DNA of 64,000 bases from Verrucomicrobiaceae bacterium (GTDB taxonomy: Bacteria > Verrucomicrobiota > Verrucomicrobiia > Verrucomicrobiales > Akkermansiaceae): positions 137,098-201,097 of the forward strand of contig JBPOGH010000009.1 of the NCBI GenBank assembly GCA_051252135.1. Direction: 5' to 3'. This document shows, piece after piece, positions 1 through 8,800 of this stretch (position 1 is its first letter; the number at the start of each line of letters is the position of its first letter). Below the pieces are notes generated by a model, which worked only from the letters and a program-made list of their open reading frames with translations, did not search any database and was not told the DNA's origin. The position numbers and the translations under genes are program-made.

Positions 1-398
1 ATGATCAGTGTTCTCTCGTCAGGCGAAAGCATGCCGCTGGCCGGAGCGATTCCGAAGATGAAGTAGTCGGGGATGCATCCGGCGTCCGAGAGGGCCTGGT
101 CCAGGCTCCGGAAGATCGGGATTCCGTTCGGCTGATCGTCGAGAATTTTACCGGCGTCCTGACCGGCCTTTTTACTATCGATGATTGAAAGGATCTCGTA
201 CTTCTCCGAATGACGAACGAGGCCGTTGGCGGTTTTTCCATCGATTTCTCCAAAGTGACCCTCGCAGTAGACGATTGCTGTTTCCGAATGGGTTGAAGCG
301 AGGATTGCTTTTTCGGCGTCCCCACTTTGGACTGTCACGGGACTTCGAAAGTCGTCTGAAAAGATCGACCCGACGGGGGATTGGTTTGTTTTAGGCAT
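1..398 (-). CDS. DUF1611 family protein (DgcN-like), 5' part; runs off the window edge
   Basis: Not in the ORF track because it is open at the edge. Manual translation from ATG at 398 gives MPKTNQSP...AIVYCEGHFGEIDGKTANGLVRHSEKYEILSIIDS...GIAPASG, with the GKTANGLVR motif typical of DUF1611 N-termini. GAGGAG lies 5 nt upstream of the ATG. Confidence 0.8.
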   Translation of the reverse strand, partial: MPKTNQSPVGSIFSDDFRSPVTVQSGDAEKAILASTHSETAIVYCEGHFGEIDGKTANGLVRHSEKYEILSIIDSKKAGQDAGKILDDQPNGIPIFRSLDQALSDAGCIPDYFIFGIAPASGMLSPDERTLI

Positions 399-570
399 AG
401 GCACTCCTCGAGCTAGGCTCGGAGGAGGCGACGGGATCGTGTCGGCCGGAAGTGGCCAAGAGTCAACGGGAGGTCCCACCCAAGATGAACTGGTAAGACG
501 GTCTTTTACCACAGTTCCGTGGCATGGATAGGAATAACTTTTTTGCTCTTCCGCTCGAACACTCTGGAGA

Positions 571-2058
571 TCAGCCCCCTAATGCCGCCCGTGTCCGTGC
601 TACGAGAGAGGTGTCTTTTTTCCCCGAACCCTGAAGCCAGAACACACTCGCGGCCAGGAACCGATCCCGCATGCCGGGAGAGATGCTGTGGTAATCTTCG
701 AGCACAGCGGAGCTGAACTTGTAGTCATGGGATCCGGTGCCCTTGAGGTAGATGAGGCGTTGAGCCTCCTGCATGAAGGGTTTGGGGTCTTTGGTTGATT
801 TGAGGTAGGCGAGGGCTTTGCGAGCGGCGAGCTCTTTGTTGCCGCTGATTTCGGCGAAGATTTCCTCGATCCCGGGGACTCCTTCGACGGGCTCGAAGTT
901 GTCGATGGCTACGCCATTTTTGATGCCGGCGCGGTCGCGGAACATCGTGAGGAAGGCGGCATTTTGGAGAAGGAGGAATTTGCGGGTGTCATCATTGAAG
1001 GTGTGTTGATGGGCATAGTGGAGGGCGTTGGTGGTGGTGCTGGCGTGGAGGGAAATGATGCCCGGCTGGCGCATGAGCATTTCCGAGGCATGCTGGAAGA
1101 GTCCGTCCCAGATTGATTGGGGGGAGACTTTTCGGTTGAGGAGATCAACCACTTTCCGGCTGGCTTCCTTCCAGGTTCCTTCCCGGAGAACCTGAAGCAT
1201 TTCGGTGGTCGCTTCTTTTTTGAGGTCGCCCCGCTGCCAGTCACTTCGAATGGTTTTGAGGAGTTCTTCATTCAGGCGGCCGGGGAGGTCGGCCTCGTGA
1301 TCGCTCTCCGCCGGGTTGCTTCCGCTGTGTTGTAAGAGGGCGTAACCAAGGGAGCGGAGGACGGGCTCGGAATGTTGCCAGCCTATGGCCTGAAGGGTGC
1401 GCCAGCTGTTGGCGACGTAGATGGCCTTGTGCCCGATGTCGCGGAAGTCGCGTGCGCCATACTTCACGAAGAGATCGAAAACTTCCTGGGCGCCGGCGGC
1501 CCGGGCCAAGCCTGCGGTGGCGGCGTCGACTTTTTCTTCGTCCCATCGGTCCATTCCTTCTGCAAACAGTTGGCGGGCTTTTGCGGCAGAGGGGACCTCG
1601 CGTTCTTTTACGGATGCGAGGGTCCAGTCCCCTTCCTGAACGTCGCGGGCCTGGGATGATTTGAAGTAGTCGAGGGCCCAGAAGATGGGGAGCCATCGGT
1701 CGGAGTCGGGGGAATTTTGGCTGGCGAGGTGGGCGGAGTTGACGACGAGAACGGCATGGAATTTGAAGCCGACGGGACGGGGTTGGATATTTCTGACGCC
1801 GGCGAGGAGGAGGGCGCTGAGGACTTCGCGATAGGTTGTCCCTTTCCGAATGCGGGCTGCCACTTCTTCCAAAAGTCGCTCACGCGGGGTCTCCTCCAGC
1901 AAGCGGATCAGGGGCTCGATTTCCGGGAGAAATTGAACCTGATGCGGGTTGAGTTTTACGTCCTCAGCGCCAAGCAGAGGAACTTTGGAAAGAAAACCCA
2001 AGGCCCCGGCGGCGGCACCGGTTTGGAGGAGGTGGCGGCGGGATGGCGAGAAATTCAT
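571..2058 (-). CDS. Tat-exported conserved hypothetical protein (495 aa)
   Basis: Twin-arginine signal SRRHLL plus hydrophobic stretch; long ORF; several His-containing motifs (FHAV, GHKAIY, LHAST, SHDYKF). Confidence 0.8.
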   Translation of the reverse strand: MNFSPSRRHLLQTGAAAGALGFLSKVPLLGAEDVKLNPHQVQFLPEIEPLIRLLEETPRERLLEEVAARIRKGTTYREVLSALLLAGVRNIQPRPVGFKFHAVLVVNSAHLASQNSPDSDRWLPIFWALDYFKSSQARDVQEGDWTLASVKEREVPSAAKARQLFAEGMDRWDEEKVDAATAGLARAAGAQEVFDLFVKYGARDFRDIGHKAIYVANSWRTLQAIGWQHSEPVLRSLGYALLQHSGSNPAESDHEADLPGRLNEELLKTIRSDWQRGDLKKEATTEMLQVLREGTWKEASRKVVDLLNRKVSPQSIWDGLFQHASEMLMRQPGIISLHASTTTNALHYAHQHTFNDDTRKFLLLQNAAFLTMFRDRAGIKNGVAIDNFEPVEGVPGIEEIFAEISGNKELAARKALAYLKSTKDPKPFMQEAQRLIYLKGTGSHDYKFSSAVLEDYHSISPGMRDRFLAASVFWLQGSGKKDTSLVARTRAALGG

Positions 2059-2110
2059 CCCTGAACCCTAGTGGGATTCGAGACTCAAGTCCCGCTCTAA
2101 TCGGAGGTCT

Positions 2111-2314
2111 TATACCAATCCGAGTTCCAAAAGAGCCAAATGAGTTTTAAAAGGTTTGAGAAGTGCGCTGCGCGATTTGGGGAAGAAGCCGGGCGCTTTT
2201 CAGCAATAGCGGCGTCGTTCCTCGGTCGTGGTGCCCGCACCACTCGCTCGTCATGCCTTGCGATTCCAGAAAATCGTTCCGGCATTTGGCTCTTTTGAAA
2301 CTCTACTTGGTATT
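2111..2314. mobile_element. MITE-like element family A, copy 1 (204 bp)
   Basis: Terminal inverted repeats TATACCAATCCGAGTTCCAAAAGAGCCAAATG / CATTTGGCTCTTTTGAAACTCTACTTGGTAT; near-identical second copy at 3787-3990; no credible coding capacity. Confidence 0.85.
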
Positions 2315-2325
2315 ACTCTTTCCTT

Positions 2326-2634
2326 GGAATCGGACTGGAAGTCCACGCAAGCTATCCGGGCTAAGAGGCCGTCTGAAAAAGTCCGAACGAGTGTTTTGAT
2401 TTTAGTTCTTTGGGAAATGGCGGCAAAGCCGCGGGGGCGGAGGATGAACCCTGGCGGGCTGCGAGGCCTTTTCCTGCAGGTTTCGTTGTTCCTTGGTCGT
2501 TGGTGTTCACCAACTTCCGCGTCTCGCCTTACCTGAAGGAAAATTCCTTCGCAGCACTCATTCGCCCTTTTTAAGACCGCCTCTTAGGGATAGGGCTCAA
2601 GGAGGGAGTGGAAGTCAAGCTGATGGGGCTGACC
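2326..2634 (+). pseudogene. DUF3750 3' remnant A, interrupted by MITE B
   Basis: With 2365-2583 and one target copy removed it reads GIGLEVHASYPGLGIGLKEGVEVKLMGLT, homologous at DNA level to ~3671-3756. Confidence 0.7.
2365..2583. mobile_element. MITE-like element family B (219 bp) with IS5-family-like ends
   Basis: TIRs GAGGCCGTCTGAAAAAG / CTTTTTAAGACCGCCTC (15/17 match), flanked by TAA and TTA; its removal restores colinearity with the paralogous DUF3750 segment. Confidence 0.75.
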
Positions 2635-2657
2635 CCTTTTTCGCAGGTCGGCCGGAT

Positions 2658-3473
2658 CTACTCCTGCGGAATCTTCAGCACCTGCCCGATGCCAATCAAA
2701 TTTGCATCGGCAATCTTATTGAGCTTCATCAATGCGGCGACGCTCACCTTGTACTTCCGGGCCACATAGGAGAGCGTATTGCCCCGCTTGATCGTGTATT
2801 CCTCATATTCGGGCTCTCCTTCAGACTCCTCCACGGGTTCTGCCTCCGGTTGCATCTCGGGCTTTTCAACCGTTTCCTTCTTGGGTTGTTCCTTGGGCTG
2901 CTCCTTGGGCTGTTCCTTGGGTTGTTCCTTGGGTTGTTCCTTGGGTTGTTCCACGAGAGGCTCCTCTTCTTCAACCATCGGCAGCGTCCTGTATTCGACA
3001 ATTGGATAAGTAGTGGGATTATCAGGAAGAAGCGAATGAGAGGGAGGCATATCGTCGTCGTCGATGAGAACTATATTCTCGGCGGCAATCATCTCTTCCA
3101 GGGAGCTCTTTACCGTTGCCAACTCATTAGCGAGGCGCTGTCGTTCAACCCCTGCAACCTGCTCATAAGAGGCCAGAGCATCGACGGCCTTTTTATGGGT
3201 CGAAGACAACTCCCGGGTAAGCTGAGTAACGGTGGCATTGAGCTCCCCCAACTCATTGGAACTGCTCCCCTGCGCCCGGGTCTCGAGCAAATCTCCGGTT
3301 TGCGTCTGAAGCTTCCCTAACTTGGTCTTCACCTCCGAAAGCTCTGAAAACAATTGGATGACAACAATGAGAAGTCCGAAAGTAATCACGCCGAGCAAAA
3401 CCAGGGCACTCAGGGGAACCTTTGGTCTCCGCCGCGCCTGGGACCCCCATTTCGTGCTTAATTCACCATTCAT
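2658..3473 (-). CDS. Membrane-anchored LysM peptidoglycan-binding protein with coiled coil and EQPK-repeat linker
   Basis: N-terminal TM helix, heptad region, (EQPK)6, C-terminal LysM YTIKRGNTLSYVARKYKVSVAALMKLNKIADANLIGIGQVLKIP. Confidence 0.9.
   Translation of the reverse strand: MNGELSTKWGSQARRRPKVPLSALVLLGVITFGLLIVVIQLFSELSEVKTKLGKLQTQTGDLLETRAQGSSSNELGELNATVTQLTRELSSTHKKAVDALASYEQVAGVERQRLANELATVKSSLEEMIAAENIVLIDDDDMPPSHSLLPDNPTTYPIVEYRTLPMVEEEEPLVEQPKEQPKEQPKEQPKEQPKEQPKKETVEKPEMQPEAEPVEESEGEPEYEEYTIKRGNTLSYVARKYKVSVAALMKLNKIADANLIGIGQVLKIPQE
2880..2951. repeat. 12-bp in-frame tandem repeat x6 (CTTGGGYTGYTC) encoding EQPK
   Basis: Six consecutive units read directly from the sequence. 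Confidence 0.95.
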
Positions 3474-3619
3474 ATCCTTCTATGGTGAAAGAGGTAGCGC
3501 GAAACGGGACTCCCTGTCCAGCGGGATATCACTCTCTTGACTTTGTAAGCAACGGGATTCCTTGATTCCGGTGCGCCAATTTTTTCCAATCAGCTACCAA
3601 AATATGCCGGCATAAAACG

Positions 3620-4016
3620 ACAAAGCCGTGGGCAAGGACTATGGGTTTTACTTTGGTCCGACTTCGAGCGGAACCGGAGTGGAAGTCCACTCAAGCTATC
3701 TAGGTTTTGGGATGGGGCTCAAGGAGGGAGTGGAAGTCAACCTGATGGGGCTGACCGCCGGAGTGGGGATTTGGCCGCCATCGATTTATACCACTCCGAG
3801 TTCCAAAAGAGCCAAATGAGTTTTAATAGGTTTGAGAAGTGCGCTGCGCGAATTGGGGAAGAAGCCGGGCGCTTTTCAGCAATAGCGGCGTCGTTCCTCG
3901 GTCGTGGTGCCCGCACCACTCGCTCGTCATGCCTTGCCATTCCAGAAAATCGTTCCGGCATTTGGCTCTTTTGAAACTCTACTTGGTATAAGATCCCGTT
4001 TCCAGCGCTATTCTGA
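3620..4016 (+). pseudogene. DUF3750 3' remnant B, 5'-truncated and interrupted by MITE A copy 2
   Basis: KAVGKDYGFYFGPTSSGTGVEVHSSYLGFGMGLKEGVEVNLMGLTAGVGIWPPSI, then after the MITE KIPF; resembles the DUF3750 C-terminal pattern (A-x-GKDY...SGTG...EG-x-E-x-N-L...PA-x-K-x-P). Confidence 0.7.
3787..3990. mobile_element. MITE-like element family A, copy 2 (204 bp)
   Basis: TATACCA...TGGTATA ends; differs from 2111-2314 by only a few substitutions. Confidence 0.85.
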
Positions 4017-4154
4017 TCCGCTTCATCGCAAAGACGAAAATTCACTTAAAAGGTCTGTCCCCGGTCATTGTTTAGGACTTTTCCTGCGCCATTCTGCCCC
4101 GCTCGACCCCGCCATCAGATCATTGTGGTTACTTGGATTGGGGATCACTCGCCT

Positions 4155-4944
4155 CGTTGTATGCCAGGCGTAGTTTTGGTTGCGTGAAATCGGCCTTAAC
4201 TTCGTGCCATTCATGCCTAGCGTAGTTTTGGAGGGATAGGCCTTTTATTCACGTACTTTTTCTTCTCCTTTTCACGATTGCAGTGAATCCCAGAAGGGAT
4301 AAAAGAGCTGTTTCAGGCTCAGGAATGATGGTCATTGAAAGGCTCTGTATCTCTGTGCTCTCAAAAATCAAATCGTCGTCAACACCTCCTTCTAAAGAAT
4401 TGTTTCTGACAGATATACGAGCATCCCCAAGGTTCAACGGCCAGTCATCTAGCGAACTTGGCACTTCAGAAATATCATCCCACAATAAAAAACCTTCAGA
4501 TAGAAATTCCAAGCTTACAGACGAAAATGGCACATCATCACGCAAGCGAGTCCCTGCTGTGAAAAACACCCGAGATGTAAATACTCCAAAAGGTTCATCT
4601 GCAAATATTTGCACTTGAGGTAATGCAACCATTTGATCTCCGAGTTGAAGTTTAGAACTTGTTGGAAATTCGTAAAACTGACTGGATGATTCGCTAGAAG
4701 AAACATACCCAATGTCAGGTGAGTATAATATGTCTATACTGAATTCATCACCAACATTTAACGAATTCCCATTGATTATTCTAGATGCCTTGGCGATGAT
4801 ATTAAAATTCACTAGAGCACCATACGAATTATTTAAGAAAAGAACAATAAAAGCGAAAGATTGGAGTTTCATTTAATGTAAATTGTTTCAATGTTATCAG
4901 GACCGCCAAGCAGTTCAACTAATAAATATGCCGGGCATACAACG
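4155..4944. mobile_element. Putative non-autonomous cassette bounded by inverted ends CGTTGTATGCC...GGCATACAACG
   Basis: 4155-4175 matches the reverse complement of 4924-4944 at 18/21; a subterminal direct copy lies at 4213-4231; the ends enclose a single AT-rich gene. Confidence 0.55.
4249..4872 (-). CDS. PEP-CTERM surface protein (AT-rich)
   Basis: Signal peptide; C-terminal IPEPETALLSLLGFTAIVKRRRK; visibly lower GC than flanking genes. Confidence 0.9.
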   Translation of the reverse strand: MKLQSFAFIVLFLNNSYGALVNFNIIAKASRIINGNSLNVGDEFSIDILYSPDIGYVSSSESSSQFYEFPTSSKLQLGDQMVALPQVQIFADEPFGVFTSRVFFTAGTRLRDDVPFSSVSLEFLSEGFLLWDDISEVPSSLDDWPLNLGDARISVRNNSLEGGVDDDLIFESTEIQSLSMTIIPEPETALLSLLGFTAIVKRRRKST

Positions 4945-5088
4945 GGAAAGAAACTCCTCAATCCAAGCAGTGATCATGGTTTTATGACGGGATGCGGCGA
5001 GAGAGATTGGCGCAGATTGAGGGTTTTGAAGGGCGGTGCTGGAGGCAATGAGAGATGGTTGTTGGAGGTCTGACGGTGGGTTGTCGCT

Positions 5089-5292
5089 TATACCAACTCT
5101 GAAAAGAAACTGGTAGAATGGTTTTTTTTTGGTCTTAAAATTAGTCTCTGCCAGCCGATGAGAGTTCCGGCGGTTTTTGCCGAATTTCTGCGTTGTTCCT
5201 TGGTTGTGGTGCTCGCACCACGCCTGCGTCACGCCTTGAACTTCGGCAAAACCCACTCGACCATTCTACCAGTTTCTTTTCTTCATTGGTAT
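5089..5292. mobile_element. MITE-like element family C (204 bp)
   Basis: TIRs TATACCAACTCTGAAAAGAAACTGGTAGAATGG / CCATTCTACCAGTTTCTTTTCTTCATTGGTAT; same central core as families A and B. Confidence 0.8.
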
Positions 5293-5403
5293 GAGAATGT
5301 GACAAGGAAGCGAGGCGTGGCGGGGATGGAAGAGCGGGCTGCGGGGAGATGTTTCTCTGAGGCGGAGTGCTGGGCTTGCCGGGGAATTTTGTGGGTGGGG
5401 TGA

Positions 5404-5654
5404 CCCAGCCCTTCGGACTGGGCTGGTATGCGGACGGCCCTTTGGGCCTGAGAGAGGGGAGTGCGACGTTACCTGTCTATGCGGTTAGATCGCACTTACA
5501 GCGCTTGTGGAATTGCGGGTGCGGGATACCAGGGCGTCGCTCCGCTTTGCCCTTCGCTACGTTAGGTCAGCCCGTTGGGCTTATGGGAGGGAGAGGACTG
5601 ACGGACCAGGGGAAAGTTAGGTCAGCCCGTTGGGCTTATGGGAGGGAGAGGACT
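5404..5654. repeat. Cluster of REP-like short palindromes, including a perfect 39-bp direct repeat (5561-5599, 5616-5654)
   Basis: CCCAGCCCTTCGGACTGGG, GGCCCTTTGGGCC and AGCCCGTTGGGCT hairpins; GTTAGGTCAGCCCGTTGGGCTTATGGGAGGGAGAGGACT occurs twice. Confidence 0.7.
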
Positions 5655-5675
5655 TTGAGAGGGTTGTGGGGAATG

Positions 5676-5706
5676 AAAAAGGCAAAGCACATCACTGCGC
5701 TTTGCC
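5676..5706 (-). terminator. Rho-independent terminator
   Basis: GGCAAAGC/GCTTTGCC stem followed by TTTTT on the minus strand, downstream of the multiheme gene. Confidence 0.7.
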
Positions 5707-5823
5707 AGTTTGGTGAGGGGGGCCTGAGGGTTAGGGAAACACTGCTTCAAGATGAAGCACGCTGAACGGTTTCATGGGTTTTTTAGCCAGGGAAGCTTCG
5801 CTTCCGAGGTGAGAGGCGCTTCC

Positions 5824-8800
5824 CTAGTGGTCGTCTTTTTCCGGGACGGGGGCTTTGTCGGCTCCTTGGAGGGTGTGCATCCAGTGGCGGATGGCGTCGA
5901 ATTGCTTATCGGCATCGCCGTCGTAGAAGGTGCTGTTGAGGGCCTTCTGTTTATCGACGGTGTATTTCGGCATGATGGTGAGAGGCGAGAAGCGCTGGGG
6001 CCAATACATCCAGGAGTGGTAGTAGCCGGGGCGGAGGCGCTCGCCGGAGAGCTGAAGGTTCGGTCCTTGTCCCTCGAAGGCTTGCAGGGCGGGGGTGGCA
6101 CCGGTGGCGTGGCAGGTGGTGCAGGCGTATCCGGTGAGTCCGGCGATTTGTTCGCCGACCTTGACGCGGTCGGGGTCGACCTTGAGTTCGTCATCGGCGA
6201 GCTCCATGCCGGCGCGGTAGGCGATGCCTTTGGCGAGGTATTTGGAGCGGCTGGTGAATTCGGGCATGCGTGCGGTCATCCAGGGGCGTGTTTTTTGAAC
6301 GTCGCCACAGAGGAGGGATTCGAGCCAGCCGGCCTGGAGTTTTTCTCCGGCGAGATCGATCTCCGGGAGTTTATTTTCACCGCTGTGGCAGGTGTTGCAC
6401 TGGAGGCGCTCGATCGTGCGGGTGGCATACTCGTGCGGGACGAAGCGACGGGCGGAACTGATGTTCTTGTTGCCATCGATATTCTTAAAGGCGAGGAGCG
6501 CTTGCTTTTGTTCGAGACTGAGTCCGAGCTCGGGCGCGTTGCCTTCTTCCTCTGACAGGCAGCCGTGGACGAGCCATTCGGAGTCGAACATTTGTTTCAC
6601 CTTCTTGGCGGGGAATTCGTATTTTACTCCTTTGGCAGGCTGGTGGCAGACGTCGCAACGCTGGGCGACCATGGCTTTTCCTTTGGCGGCATCGCCGGTG
6701 GGCATGGGGAGGGATTTGGGCTGCTTGGCTTGGATGGCGGCGGCGATATCAGCGGCTTCCTGAGCGGTGAGGCGCAAGTGGGGGAAGGCGGTGTCCCTGG
6801 CGTGTGCGGTGGGGTCCATGAGGAAGGCTTGCAGACCTCCGCTGGTGAACTTGGGAGTTTGGGCAAGCTTGTCGGCCCAGGTGTTGAAGTGGAGTTCCTC
6901 GATGAGGGTGTCTCCTTTTTTGGCGTCCCCTTTGAGAGCGGGGAGTTCATTTTCGCTCAAGGTGGCGAGGTAGGCGGCGATGTCGCCCGCGGAATCCGGA
7001 GCGACGCTGGGGCAGTGGTCCTCGGGTTTTTTGACCCATTGCTCGAGCCAGCCGGGCTGCATGCGGTTCCCGATGTTTTGGAAGTCGGGAAGGTGCTCGC
7101 GAATCTCGGGCATGGAGGCTCCGGGCTTGAAGATGTTGCTATCGGCCTCATGGCAGCGGGCGCAGCCGACGGCGGCGAAGAGATCACGACCGGCGCGGGC
7201 CTTGTCCTTGGCGGCCAGAACGGGCGTGGCGCGGTAGCGGTAGGCGGAGGGTTTGACGGGTTCCCAGACGAAGTCGGATCCGCTCCAGAGGAGGCGGATT
7301 CGGCCGGAGCCGTCTTCCGCTTTTTTGAAGTAGCAGTAGATGGCTTGCGGTCCGGCTTCGAGCTCGAGGGGTTGGCTTTCCAGGGGAAGTTCGCCCTCGA
7401 TGACGGTCTTGCCGTTGATCTTGAGGCTGGCCCAGCCGTGGCCGTCGAGCTGGAAGGCGCGTTGGTCACGGGCATCGACGATGATGTTTCCTTCGAAGAC
7501 GGCCTGGTCTCCCTTGATGAAGGTGGTGATGGCGTCGCCTCTTTCGAGGGTCATGGCGAGGCGATCGACGACGACGGCGTCATCCGCACTTCCTTCCGAG
7601 GTGCTGAGGATGAGACCCGGCTCACCGAGTGCCTCTTTTTTGATTTCGGGGAGATTGGCGAGGTCGAGTCCGTGGGCGTTGAAGGCGGGGCGGAGGTTGT
7701 GGATGGTGTTCCAAATGGTTTCCTTGAAGGGCTTTTTGCCGGCGTCGGCGAGGTCCATGCCGATTTCCATCTGCATGGCGGGGGTCATTTTGGGAATGTA
7801 GAGGAAGACGGATTTGCCATCCTTGAGGAGTTTTGCGGCGCGCACTTCGACGGCGTCGATTTGGTTTTCGGAGCCTTTGGAGGGTTCGACGAGGGCTTTT
7901 TGGAGCGCTTCGTTATTGGCTTCATCGATTGAGAATCTACCGGAACCGTATTGTGGTCCCCAGACGTAGTCCCACTTGCTCACGTTGTAGCGGCGGGGGT
8001 CGTTCGCGACCTCGGGATCGAGCGAGCTGCTGAACTCGATGCGGAGTCCGTTTTTGTGGGCTTCGAGTTTGAGGGGGACGGGCTTTTCCTCACCGACAAA
8101 GCGGACGCGCTGGAATCCGGTGCCGCCATTGGTCTGCCATCCGCGGAAGCCGATGATGTAAAGGTGACCCGATTCAGGATGGAAGCGACCGCGCATGCCG
8201 GCGGTGGTGAGGTCAATGGGGAGGCGGTAGACGCCGCCCTGGACCTGGCCGTTCACTTCATCGATCAAGGTGCGGTAGATCGAGCTCTTTCCGTAGGAGA
8301 GGTGGAGCATCTGGCCGGCGTGGTTTGACCAAGTGCTGTCTTTTGGCACCCAGAACTGGCTGCCGCTGGAGTTATCGACGTAGTAGGGGAGCCAGCAAAG
8401 GGGGCGCTCGTAGTCGGTGGGCATGCCGGGAAGGGTGGCGACGAAATTCCGGCCATCCCACTCGCTGGGGACGACGCCGTGGAAGCTGCTGCCGTCTTGC
8501 TTGCTCCAAGTGATCTTACAACGCGGGACGTAGCTTCCTTCATTTTCTCCGGTGGTTAGCTCGCCATTTGGCCCGAGACCGAGACCGCCGGGTGCGCGGA
8601 GTCCCCAGGCCAATTTGGTGAGTGTTTTCCCGTCGGGACTGAGCTTCAGGATGGTGCCGTTGTGCTCGGTGGACTCGGCAAAGCCACGTCCGCCAGAGAG
8701 GACGGGCATCCCTTTGCTGAAGTAGAAATTTCCTTCGGCATCCGTCTGCAAATCGAAGGCGAACTCGTGGAATCCCCTGGTGATGAGGACGTCGTTATTG

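Noticed and set aside
2097..4173. Short ORFs overlapping the repeats (e.g. 2097-2285, 3737-4045, 3904-4173) that look like a paralogous protein family
   Set aside because: Their similarity comes entirely from the two copies of non-coding MITE A; there are no transposase motifs.
4000..4175. Complete integron attC site downstream of the AT-rich PEP-CTERM gene
   Set aside because: GCATACAAC is present, but no complementary GTTGTATGC box follows within attC distance and no integrase lies in the window.
5561..5654. Possible CRISPR array from the 39-bp direct repeats
   Set aside because: Only two copies, a 16-bp gap and no cas genes; better explained as a REP-like duplication.
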